The notes beneath the pieces are model-generated. The model saw nothing but the letters and a program-made list of their open reading frames with translations, made no database searches and was not told where the DNA came from. The position numbers and the translations under genes were made by a program. DNA of 37,040 nt from an uncultured archaeon (lineage in GTDB: Archaea > Asgardarchaeota > Heimdallarchaeia > Heimdallarchaeales > Heimdallarchaeaceae). Within the stretch, counting starts at the first letter, position 1, and each line of letters opens with the position of its first letter. Positions 17,162 through 26,062 of the stretch are shown piece after piece. The stretch lies in NCBI GenBank assembly GCA_964549075.1, contig CAZJUB010000009.1, positions 31,159 to 68,198 of the forward strand, given 5' to 3'.

Positions 17162-18187
17162 TTGAGTAGAATGAGAGCATATTTATCCAAAGCAATTCAA
17201 ATTAAAGGAAAAAATTGGAAAATAGCTTGTGATAGCACAAATTCTACTTATTACCCTCTAGTTTTCTACAGTCATGCTCACTCTGATCATATCCCTAGAC
17301 GTTTACCTAAAACTAATATAATAACTTCAAAAACAACACAAACACTTCTCCGAAATCTAACTTCTAATTATAGCGAACCAATTTACTATGAAGAGTATTC
17401 ACAAGAAGATCTTAAAATTACACAGAAATCTAGTGGACATATTATAGGTTCTACAGCTCTAAAAATTGATTCTTCAGAAGGAAAGCTAATTTATACAGGT
17501 GATGTTTCTATTAGAGACAAAGGATTCTTAGAACCGTTTAAACCTGAAAAGTGTGACATATTAATTATTGAAAGTACATTTGGTTCTCCTGATTATATTT
17601 TCCCAGAATACAGTCACATTATAAACGAAACAAGAGATCAAATTTTAAATTATCTTGAAAATGGCTTTCCCGTTGTTTTGATGGGTTATGCTTTAGGTAA
17701 GGCACAAATGTTGTATCATGCATTCTCAAAACTGTCTGAAACTATTATTATGCATGAAGCAAATTATAAAATCAACTCGCTTCTTTTGGAAAATGAGATT
17801 CACGGTTCTATCTCAGCTATTTCCTATAATGATGCAAAGGAAAGGGCGTTATTAGAAAAAGCAAATAATTGGATTCTTTATACACCTCTAAAATCAGGAA
17901 GGGACACCTTTTTCACTTATCTAAAAAAGAAGTATAATGTTAAAATTTTTGCTTTTAGTGGTTGGTGTATCTTTCCTAATTACAAGTTCAGGATGGCTAT
18001 AGATCATGGTGTAACCATAAGTGATCACGCTGATTTTCAAGAGCTGATTCAAATTTGTAAAATGTGTGATCCAAAGCAAATCTATACTATTTACGGAGAT
18101 AACATTAGATTTGCTGCAGAATTAAGAAAACTGGGATTCAATGCAACACCATTATCAAAACAAACTCTTCTGGAATCATTTTTTTAG
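17162..18187 (+). CDS. MBL-fold beta-CASP nuclease with C-terminal PIP box
   Basis: SHAHSDH, GHIIGS, YTGD, IESTFG, GYALGKAQ, SDHADF; ends QTLLESFF. Confidence 0.9.
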   Translation: MSRMRAYLSKAIQIKGKNWKIACDSTNSTYYPLVFYSHAHSDHIPRRLPKTNIITSKTTQTLLRNLTSNYSEPIYYEEYSQEDLKITQKSSGHIIGSTALKIDSSEGKLIYTGDVSIRDKGFLEPFKPEKCDILIIESTFGSPDYIFPEYSHIINETRDQILNYLENGFPVVLMGYALGKAQMLYHAFSKLSETIIMHEANYKINSLLLENEIHGSISAISYNDAKERALLEKANNWILYTPLKSGRDTFFTYLKKKYNVKIFAFSGWCIFPNYKFRMAIDHGVTISDHADFQELIQICKMCDPKQIYTIYGDNIRFAAELRKLGFNATPLSKQTLLESFF

Positions 18188-18189
18188 TT

Positions 18190-18558
18190 TTAGTAACATG
18201 TTATCAAATCTTCTATTTTCCTTTCTTTATAGATGATTTCATTTAAATGTACTATTTGAATAGGTATATCTCTACGAGCAAGAAAATCTCTTGCATTGGT
18301 ACTGATGGAATTGCAAATTAAAACCAACTTCTTTAAGTTCAAAGAATTAATAAGTTGCTCAAGTTGAAGGATTTTGTTTGTTGGAATTGTTCTTTTCCAG
18401 TTAATTGTAACAATTCCAATTTTTTGATTCTGTAGATAAAAATCTATCACATACTTCTGTCTTCCAAATCTAAAAGTGGCATTCTCTCTTATTGGAATAT
18501 TTCTTGTGTTAAATTCGTTTCTAAGTAAATAATTAATGACAGATTCTTCTGTGTTCAT
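18190..18558 (-). CDS. Restriction-endonuclease-like (PD-(D/E)xK/Mrr fold) small protein, probably inactive
   Basis: EESVINYL...G...YVIDFYL...WKRTIP...VLICNSIS..A pattern; the catalytic E-x-K glutamate is not seen. Confidence 0.55.
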   Translation of the reverse strand: MNTEESVINYLLRNEFNTRNIPIRENATFRFGRQKYVIDFYLQNQKIGIVTINWKRTIPTNKILQLEQLINSLNLKKLVLICNSISTNARDFLARRDIPIQIVHLNEIIYKERKIEDLITCY

Positions 18559-18700
18559 TGAACAAAAGTATTGCTGATTATTAAAAACACACCTTATTAC
18601 CGGTGTAATATACTGGAAACATCAAAAAATGTATTTTATTGACAAAAAACAAGATAAACCAGTTTTGAGAAAAATGTATTTGGAACATTTTTTTATGTTT

Positions 18701-21244
18701 TTATCCAAAAATATATTTCATATCTTTTCTATTAGATAGTCTTGCGATTAAACGATCAAATAGAGAAATGTGCTTTTTTACAAGAGCTTTAGGAGTGTTA
18801 GAGAAAACATAAACATAATCAACTTTCTTTCTTTCGACTTGATTTTCTTTTGCCCTAATTTTATATGTTATTTTTTCATCATCTGCTTCTGTTAAAACAC
18901 ATGCTATCCCTGTTTCTAACTCTTCTTTAGTAAATAAGATTACAGATTTTCCAATTACAGTCTTGATTAGAGAAGTCTGTTGCTCAATTTTATCTTCCAA
19001 TAATCTTAATAAAACCGGAGGAAGCTCGAAAAATAATTCTGAACCTCTATAATCAAATGTTTTTTCACCACTTTTTCCGGTTACTTTCATTTGAAAAATT
19101 GAATTAGCAAATTTATTTTTGAATCCTATATCTTCCAAAATTGCTTTTCGATCTGCTCCATCTTTATAAATGAAGATTTCTTTTCCAATGTTTTTCACAA
19201 AATAGGTTTTTGGTCTTCCAGTATAATGCTTCTGAAAAGTTTCTGAAGAATTACTTAGCTTTTTGAATGTGAAAATTGGATTTTCTGATTTCTCTGAAGG
19301 TTTCCATGATACAAGTTCTCCCATTTTTCCATTTTTTAATATGTAGGTTTCTCCTATATCTGCTTCATGGATATCATAATCTGTATAAAGTATCTGTTTT
19401 TCATCTTGATTATGTTTAACATTAAGCAATAGTGGTGTACATATTTGATTGCTTATTGTGAGACCTGTTACCTTCCCTTCAACAATATTGTGGAAGGTAC
19501 GGTCATAAGCAACTATTTTTTTACCTTCAATTTCTGAAATTAATTCATCCATTCTGGTGATATCTATGAATTCTTTAACTCCATCTTTTCCATGATACTC
19601 ATCAAATCGTTCTGAAATCATAGAAGAAAATTCTTCTCGTTTTTCACTTAACTTCTTTAATGCTTTTTTTCTAATAAAACCAGGCAATATGAACCAAAAT
19701 GGAAGAAGTGCTCCTTTTACTGGTGAAACTCTTTCATCTATAACAGCAACGATTCTGTAAGCTGTTCTGGGATGAGACATGAAAATGTTTGCTATCATGT
19801 CCCATCTAGTTGGTCTGTATAAATGTTTGTAAAGTCTAATTGCAGCTTCACCTTGAAATCTCAATTTTTCATCTTCTGTGAATTCTTTGCCTGTTAAGAG
19901 TTGAACATTCAAACCAAAATCACCAGCCACACCTTGATAAAATCCTTCTAATTTGTACAATGCTTGAGCTAGTTCTTTTCCATATCCTGCCTTTTTAGTC
20001 TGTAAATCTGCATCCCCTTCTAAAACCCTAACAAATATGTATAAGACTGCGATAATTCCATAACTAATAAGAAAATACCATCCAAAAGGAATTTTTACTT
20101 TGATAGCAGCATAATCAAGTGTTGTGGCTGGAAGAAGGAATGCTTTCTTGATTATCATTTCAACCCACGCCAATAATTGTAACCAAATTATGTGAGCTCT
20201 TTTATTATGAGCTAACTCATGTGCTACAATACCTCGGATGTCCTCATCACTAAAATCATTGATGTCTGAAGCAATCAAAGCAACTCTCTGATCAAACAAT
20301 GGTCCATAAGCCATAGCATTTAAGATAGGTGCTTCAACAACCCCTACTTTGATTTTTCTCTTTATACCTAACTTCAATCTTACTTCTTCGATTAACTTCA
20401 AAATTCTTTCATCATCAGTAGGTTTGATACCTAATAATTTGGTTAATAACCAACCTGATATTAAATATACTAAAATAGAAACTACAATAATCATTTCCCA
20501 AGGTCCTATGGAAAGAAAAATCACTCTATCAACAAGCTGTGTCCTTGCAAAAAAACTGTTTGATCTAACAAGCCCTCCAAATGTGGAGTTATCTCGAGGA
20601 AGAGAAAAAGTACTGGAATCAAAGAAAGAAGAAAAAGTATAAGAATAAATTCCCAAGTAATTCCAAGTTAGATTATCAAATCCTGGTACTAGTCTACCGA
20701 CACCATATAGTACGACATAAACAATTGCAAAAAGGGTTAGATAAAGAATCTGAGGTGACATTAATCTGCTTACTAATACGAATTTCTTACCAAAGAAGAT
20801 TAATGCAAGAATGATAAAAACATAGAGCATAAGATTATAAGCCCAGCCTGTAAATATCTCGGTTTTCTCGTGTTTTACAAGTTCCCATATTTTATCTCCA
20901 ACTGTACCAACTAAAAATACAAAATATGTTACTAAAGATATAATCATGAGTTCTCTCCACACTGGAGAGTGCCTTAATTGGTATGTTTGGTAGATAGCTA
21001 GAACAAAAAGACTCAGTGCTATTCCCAATAGCCATTGTTCTAGAAAGAATAATACTAATCCAAAAGTAATCGCTATAGAGGACAACATTAGATTTTCAGA
21101 AGTTGTTCCGTGTTTAATTTTTGTTCTAATCTCTGATAAGAGAAAGAATAACCCTATCGCAGTTATCAATATTCCTAAAATTAAAGTAATATTACCGCCA
21201 ACAACTCGAGCCCACTTATCAGCAAAATAGTCCACCAAACTCAT
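18701..21244 (-). CDS. M48 (HtpX/Ste24) membrane zinc metalloprotease with extra N-terminal TM helices and a long C-terminal soluble region
   Basis: LNAMAYG, AHELAH (HExxH), EGDAD, ALYKL, SHP..RI; multiple TM helices. Confidence 0.9.
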   Translation of the reverse strand: MSLVDYFADKWARVVGGNITLILGILITAIGLFFLLSEIRTKIKHGTTSENLMLSSIAITFGLVLFFLEQWLLGIALSLFVLAIYQTYQLRHSPVWRELMIISLVTYFVFLVGTVGDKIWELVKHEKTEIFTGWAYNLMLYVFIILALIFFGKKFVLVSRLMSPQILYLTLFAIVYVVLYGVGRLVPGFDNLTWNYLGIYSYTFSSFFDSSTFSLPRDNSTFGGLVRSNSFFARTQLVDRVIFLSIGPWEMIIVVSILVYLISGWLLTKLLGIKPTDDERILKLIEEVRLKLGIKRKIKVGVVEAPILNAMAYGPLFDQRVALIASDINDFSDEDIRGIVAHELAHNKRAHIIWLQLLAWVEMIIKKAFLLPATTLDYAAIKVKIPFGWYFLISYGIIAVLYIFVRVLEGDADLQTKKAGYGKELAQALYKLEGFYQGVAGDFGLNVQLLTGKEFTEDEKLRFQGEAAIRLYKHLYRPTRWDMIANIFMSHPRTAYRIVAVIDERVSPVKGALLPFWFILPGFIRKKALKKLSEKREEFSSMISERFDEYHGKDGVKEFIDITRMDELISEIEGKKIVAYDRTFHNIVEGKVTGLTISNQICTPLLLNVKHNQDEKQILYTDYDIHEADIGETYILKNGKMGELVSWKPSEKSENPIFTFKKLSNSSETFQKHYTGRPKTYFVKNIGKEIFIYKDGADRKAILEDIGFKNKFANSIFQMKVTGKSGEKTFDYRGSELFFELPPVLLRLLEDKIEQQTSLIKTVIGKSVILFTKEELETGIACVLTEADDEKITYKIRAKENQVERKKVDYVYVFSNTPKALVKKHISLFDRLIARLSNRKDMKYIFG

Positions 21245-21297
21245 TTCATCATGGGTGTGATGATGAGTGTTTTAAAATCTTTGTCTTTGAAAGAATT

Positions 21298-21924
21298 TCA
21301 AGATACGGGAATTTGACGTATCACATCGTTATTGAGTAGATCCTTTGTCGCTAATTGAGCATCTGTTTCAGTGAGTTTCATTAATTTAACAATATCATTA
21401 AGAGTAGCAGTTCCTTTGTATTTCAGTAAGGATATTACCTTTTTCTGTTGCCTACTATAGGATCTGTTGATATCTTGTGTTATGATTTTTGGATTTAATT
21501 CAAGCTTAGTGCTAGCTAGATTTTCTACGGGCATTGTATACTTCTTTAAATACCTATCAATATACTCCTCCATCATAGAGAAATGTTCTACTCTCCCATT
21601 CCAATCCTTTAGTTCTTCAGAATAACGGTTTTGGAATTCTTCTTGGATTTTCTTCAAGTCTGATCTAATTCGATTATCTTCTTCATTACAATCTGTACAA
21701 ACTACTGTTACTAGTTGATTAGATGTGGCATAGATGAACTTGAAATTTTTAGTTTGAAGAAAATCACATCCTTCGTCAACATTCTGTGCAAAAATTTCGA
21801 TTGCGCTTAAGAAACTGGTTATCAGATTCTCATCATGGTCTATGCTTCCATACTTTTTGTGATAAAGACATTCACCTGTATCTTTAGCTATCCAGATATT
21901 ATGTAACATAGACTTCAAGAACAT
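21298..21924 (-). CDS. Longin-domain protein fused to a C-terminal winged helix
   Basis: IWIAKDTGECLY...DENLITSFLSAIEIFA...LKKIQEEFQNRY...WNG is the Asgard longin pattern; QKKVISLLKYKGTATLNDIVKLM...LLNNDVIR is wHTH-like. Confidence 0.8.
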   Translation of the reverse strand: MFLKSMLHNIWIAKDTGECLYHKKYGSIDHDENLITSFLSAIEIFAQNVDEGCDFLQTKNFKFIYATSNQLVTVVCTDCNEEDNRIRSDLKKIQEEFQNRYSEELKDWNGRVEHFSMMEEYIDRYLKKYTMPVENLASTKLELNPKIITQDINRSYSRQQKKVISLLKYKGTATLNDIVKLMKLTETDAQLATKDLLNNDVIRQIPVS

Positions 21925-22044
21925 AAAATAAACTCAGCACAAAAAGTCTCATAATACATGGATATTTTCACATTCACACTTTTAGTGAAAATTTAACAAT
22001 AATTTCAAAAGAAAAATGAAATAAAAATAAGGAAAAAAAGTAGT

Positions 22045-22701
22045 TTATGCTTTGTAAGGCATAACCTCTAAAACTATGTTTTCATCCGATAATTCAGCAT
22101 CTCGAGCAGCTTTTCGAATTGCTTCTTTTGCAATCTCAACCATTTGCTCAGTTGTTAAATCCTCGTTGTATGTTTCTTTCAAATGTGCTATAGCTTCAGA
22201 ATCTCCTTCACCCATTGCTTTCGCTTTGCAAGACATTACTCCACCACCAGGATCAACAAAATGAAGGCTTGGGCCTGTTTGATCTATTCCACCATATAAT
22301 AATCCAACTCCAAATGGTCGAAGACCACCTTGTTGAGTGAACATTTGAATGTAATCTCCTATCTTAATTGATAGTCCTCTAACATCTATTGGATCGGCGT
22401 AAGTTAACTTGAAGATTTCTGCTTCTAGTCTAGAACGCGAGATAAGAATTCTTCCATCTGCAGCAACACCAGCAAAAATAGCTTGAATGTTCTCTGAAAT
22501 TTTGTGAATCTTTAAATCAGGTTCATTTAAATCTACGATTCTGAGTAATCCTGCAAGTACTACTCCATGGTTACTTTTTATTCCTATTGCTATACTTCCT
22601 CTTCTGACTGATTCTCTTGCATATTCAGTTTGAATGATACGTCCTTCAGGTGAGTACATAGTTGTTGTTCTGTCATATCCCATTGATTGTGGTCCTAACA
22701 T
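22045..22701 (-). CDS. psmA: 20S proteasome alpha subunit (divergent, short)
   Basis: GYDRTTTMYSPEGRIIQTEYA, AGVAADGR, TQQGGLRPFGV, VDPGG. Confidence 0.95.
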   Translation of the reverse strand: MLGPQSMGYDRTTTMYSPEGRIIQTEYARESVRRGSIAIGIKSNHGVVLAGLLRIVDLNEPDLKIHKISENIQAIFAGVAADGRILISRSRLEAEIFKLTYADPIDVRGLSIKIGDYIQMFTQQGGLRPFGVGLLYGGIDQTGPSLHFVDPGGGVMSCKAKAMGEGDSEAIAHLKETYNEDLTTEQMVEIAKEAIRKAARDAELSDENIVLEVMPYKA

Positions 22702-22705
22702 TTTC

Positions 22706-23368
22706 TTATGCCTCCAAGTATTTCTTTACTTCTTCTGAAGTCAATCTTTTGACTCCTTTTTTATTGACTATTACAACATCCATTCCGTCTCCAGTAGCAG
22801 CATCTCTGCTAATAGCAGTAGCTAAAGCTAATATAGCTATTTTCAAGCCTTCTTCTTCAGTTAAATCTTCTTTCCATTGGGATTCCAAAACACCATATGC
22901 AACAGGCGAACCTGATCCAGTTGATGCAAAATCCTCATCTGATATACCTCCAGCCATATCAAGTGTATAGACGTGAGGTCCATCTTTATCTAAACCAGCA
23001 ACAATCATTTGAACCCAATAAGGGAAGTAGGATCTATATTGTTCATACATTATAGAAGCAAGTAAATTTCCTGCCATTTTTGTTGAAGGCGAGTATCCTC
23101 TTCCTAGTTCATAGAGATTCAGATTAGCTCTTGTTAAATTAACAAGATATTGAGCATCTGAAACCATTCCAGCAATTGTAGCAACTGTAAAATTGTTGAG
23201 TTCATGTAACTTATCTGCTTTTTTAGATGCAACAAAAGTACCCATTGAAGCTCTTTTGTCAGCTGCTGCTGCAATTCCTCCTTTGAATCTTAGTGCAATG
23301 GTAGTTGTACCATGCTTTGGTTCCATATATGAGTTGTTTGCCATCCCATTAAAGTTTGGATTGTTCAT
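22706..23368 (-). CDS. psmB: 20S proteasome beta subunit with 20-aa propeptide
   Basis: HG|TTTIAL autocleavage site, ADKRAS, AGMVSDAQ, STGSGS, RDAATGDG. Confidence 0.96.
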   Translation of the reverse strand: MNNPNFNGMANNSYMEPKHGTTTIALRFKGGIAAAADKRASMGTFVASKKADKLHELNNFTVATIAGMVSDAQYLVNLTRANLNLYELGRGYSPSTKMAGNLLASIMYEQYRSYFPYWVQMIVAGLDKDGPHVYTLDMAGGISDEDFASTGSGSPVAYGVLESQWKEDLTEEEGLKIAILALATAISRDAATGDGMDVVIVNKKGVKRLTSEEVKKYLEA

Positions 23369-23430
23369 AACATTACCTCAATTTTTTTAGTTTTCTTTCG
23401 CTTAAATATTTAGTGTTTTCACTGTTTATA

Positions 23431-24162
23431 TTAATTATAAGTTATTTCATCAGTGTGAGTTATTATCTTGTCTTCATAAACGTCTAAACTCACATTGTCT
23501 AATTCTATTAATTCACCACTCACCCAATTCACGACCATATTAATACTTGAACTTGACGGATGATTCTCCTGATATTCAATATCGATTATACCATCTTTAT
23601 GAATATTTAAATGAACGCGATTTTTATCTAAATCCTCCCAACATAGCTGAATATAGCTCTTAGTTTGCTTTTTATAGATAAAACGAAAATTACCAAACCA
23701 CCTTTTTTCAAGAATTGAACTAATGATATCTTGTTCTAATGGTGGTATTGTGTGTAACCTTTTCCATTTAGAACTATAGTTGTTATTTTGTATATCAATG
23801 GCTTTAACATTTAGTAAATCTCGTATCAAAGATTTGGTATATCTGCTTCCGGAATTGGTAAGTTCATATGATCCCAAATCGTTTTTTGAGAGGTACTTAC
23901 GATCTTGTAGTCTTTTGAGTGCTTTTGTTAGTTGATGTTGGTGAAGTTCAGTAGTCTTTCTTAAACCTGAAAAACTATAAGCTACGTTAGAATCCGATAA
24001 TGTGAGAAGTAATTGAACCTCAGGTAGAGTCATGTATTCATACTCTAAACTATAGAAGTAATCATCTGGTAAATTATCTAATTTCAAACTTTTATCTTCT
24101 TGCTTGAAGCTTGATAAATCATAATACCCTTGGTCCATATTCATAATATTATCAATATACAA
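23431..24162 (-). CDS. Winged-helix (MarR-like) putative regulator with C-terminal alpha/beta domain
   Basis: EVQLLLTL...SFSGLRKTTELHQHQLTKALKRLQDRKYL...YELTNSG; the start may be a downstream Met. Confidence 0.75.
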   Translation of the reverse strand: MYIDNIMNMDQGYYDLSSFKQEDKSLKLDNLPDDYFYSLEYEYMTLPEVQLLLTLSDSNVAYSFSGLRKTTELHQHQLTKALKRLQDRKYLSKNDLGSYELTNSGSRYTKSLIRDLLNVKAIDIQNNNYSSKWKRLHTIPPLEQDIISSILEKRWFGNFRFIYKKQTKSYIQLCWEDLDKNRVHLNIHKDGIIDIEYQENHPSSSSINMVVNWVSGELIELDNVSLDVYEDKIITHTDEITYN

Positions 24163-24207
24163 TACTGCTTATCAGTATATAATGACTTGGTTTTATACGA
24201 ATATTGT

Positions 24208-25965
24208 TTAATTGTTGTTTGTTTCCTCGCCTGAATTATTTTCAGATTCCTCAGTTGAATCTTGTGTTGTTGATACAGAAGTTGGATGTAAATACACTTC
24301 CCCTTCTAAAATAGTATAAGGTATTCGACGTTCATCAATCCAAGGAGCTTCTTCTCGGAACTCTTTAAACATATCATTTGAAATTATCATAGCATTTTCT
24401 TCATCAGCAAGTCGTAAAATGAATTTATCTCCATCTACTCGTGCGGGTAGCATCTTAATTGCTCCTTCTTTTACTAACTGATCTAATCTCTTCTGTTCAT
24501 CAATTTGGTATCTAAGAGCAGCATCAGCTACAGTAATTATTTTCTTGAAATTCGCTCTACTTAGTCTGTTTATCATTGCTTCAATATTGGCTATCTTAGG
24601 TTTATTAGCGGAATTTTTTTCTTCCCAAGCGATATTAGAGCCATCCAGAATTGCTGTTTCAAATGGGTAGTTTAATTCTGGAAAAATTCTGTCTCTATTA
24701 AGTTGTGCTTTTGTAGCTAGACCAAGGAAAATATCCCTTGAAAAATAAGCTAATCCCAAGAGTAAAGTTGTAAAAACAATTCCAAAAGCAATTTGAGATG
24801 TAAGGGTTGGATTAGTTACTGGTTCTGATGAAAGAACTATTACTTCTTGAAATCTAGTTAATAATAAAGTTGTATACCAATTAGTTCCAGAGAGAGTTGT
24901 CCATTCTAGATCAATTGAGAAAAATAGAGCTACAATCCCTGTGTTTACCGGATCCCCTGATAAAATCAAGAAGTTTTTTCCATTAATAACCCTGACAGAG
25001 GTTTCGATATCATTAAACATGATATTTTCACACTCTACCCTAGGTTGAACATAGAGTGATACACCTTCACTATTTGTAATTTCATAATCTATTAAATATT
25101 CTTCACCCATGGTCACGTTTATTGGAAGATACCAATTATCAACTGTTATATAAGGCTCGACTATAATCTCTAGTGTATCACTTTCTGTAACTCTTTCAGT
25201 ATCTGGATCATCAATAGATCGGTAAGTCAAAGTAAAGGTGTGCTTCTGATATAAAGAAGTGTCTGGATAAAATCCAATAGTATCTGAAAACGTTTTACCA
25301 CTCTCAATTTCTAAATTGTAGACAGAAACTGATCGTGTAATGGATCCAGTTGTTCCTGTTTTATGGATTTCATTTGTTACTGTAACGTTAGTTACTGTCG
25401 TTCCTCCTGTATTGGATATAACGAATTGAACATCATTAGTTTGATCCCTTGTAAGATAAACTGTTCTTAGTGGAAAATACATTCTTACTATTCCAAATGG
25501 TAGAACTACCAATTCAAATGTTTTAAAAGTGGAATACATTTTGGAGGTCGTACTATTAGCAAAAGCATTAACACTATAATTGCCAGCATCTTGACCATTG
25601 AATGTAGACCATGGAACAGTGTGATTGACATATCCTGTAGCTGTCTCATTCAGTAATATTGAGTTATCATAAATCATTTCATGACTAGGATTTGTAATAT
25701 TTAGTCGTATATATGAATCAGGGATGTAGGATTCATTTTCATAGGTATATTGAAATAAAACAATAAGATCATCTTCTCCCCTTGTTAAAACAGATGAATT
25801 TAATCCCATGACAAAAGTAGCATTTTCAAGAAGATTTAAACTAGGAAATTGAGAACTAATATTAGAAGGATTTCTGGCCTCAATTATGGAATTTGTAGGA
25901 TTAACCACTAGTGTAAAGAACATGAATCCTACAACTAATAAGTAGACCTTTGACCTCCTATACAT
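24208..25965 (-). CDS. Single-pass membrane protein: signal peptide, Ig-like/CARDB-like ectodomain, TM helix, cytoplasmic Zc3h12a (Regnase)/NYN ribonuclease domain
   Basis: N-terminal hydrophobic signal; beta-rich, sequon-rich region (VISNTGGTTVTNVTV); TM IAFGIVFTTLLLGLAYF; AILDGSNIAW, VADAALRY, PARVDGDKFILRLA, IISNDMFKEF. Confidence 0.88.
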   Translation of the reverse strand: MYRRSKVYLLVVGFMFFTLVVNPTNSIIEARNPSNISSQFPSLNLLENATFVMGLNSSVLTRGEDDLIVLFQYTYENESYIPDSYIRLNITNPSHEMIYDNSILLNETATGYVNHTVPWSTFNGQDAGNYSVNAFANSTTSKMYSTFKTFELVVLPFGIVRMYFPLRTVYLTRDQTNDVQFVISNTGGTTVTNVTVTNEIHKTGTTGSITRSVSVYNLEIESGKTFSDTIGFYPDTSLYQKHTFTLTYRSIDDPDTERVTESDTLEIIVEPYITVDNWYLPINVTMGEEYLIDYEITNSEGVSLYVQPRVECENIMFNDIETSVRVINGKNFLILSGDPVNTGIVALFFSIDLEWTTLSGTNWYTTLLLTRFQEVIVLSSEPVTNPTLTSQIAFGIVFTTLLLGLAYFSRDIFLGLATKAQLNRDRIFPELNYPFETAILDGSNIAWEEKNSANKPKIANIEAMINRLSRANFKKIITVADAALRYQIDEQKRLDQLVKEGAIKMLPARVDGDKFILRLADEENAMIISNDMFKEFREEAPWIDERRIPYTILEGEVYLHPTSVSTTQDSTEESENNSGEETNNN

Positions 25966-26062
25966 AATTACACTTCTATTTTATTATTTAACTAATATTT
26001 TTTTTAGGTTTAATAAGTTTAACGTGAGTAAACGTTTTTTTACATGAAAAAATGAAAAATGT

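Noticed and set aside
18595-18690. TATTAC-CGGT-GTAATA palindrome, TACTGGAAAC mini-ORB-like word and repeated AAAAATGTATTT
   Set aside because: A single partial ORB-like word without a G-string, and short AT-rich motifs that are expected by chance.
21245-21297. TGATGA words as a C/D-box sRNA
   Set aside because: No suitably placed CTGA D box or terminal stem found.
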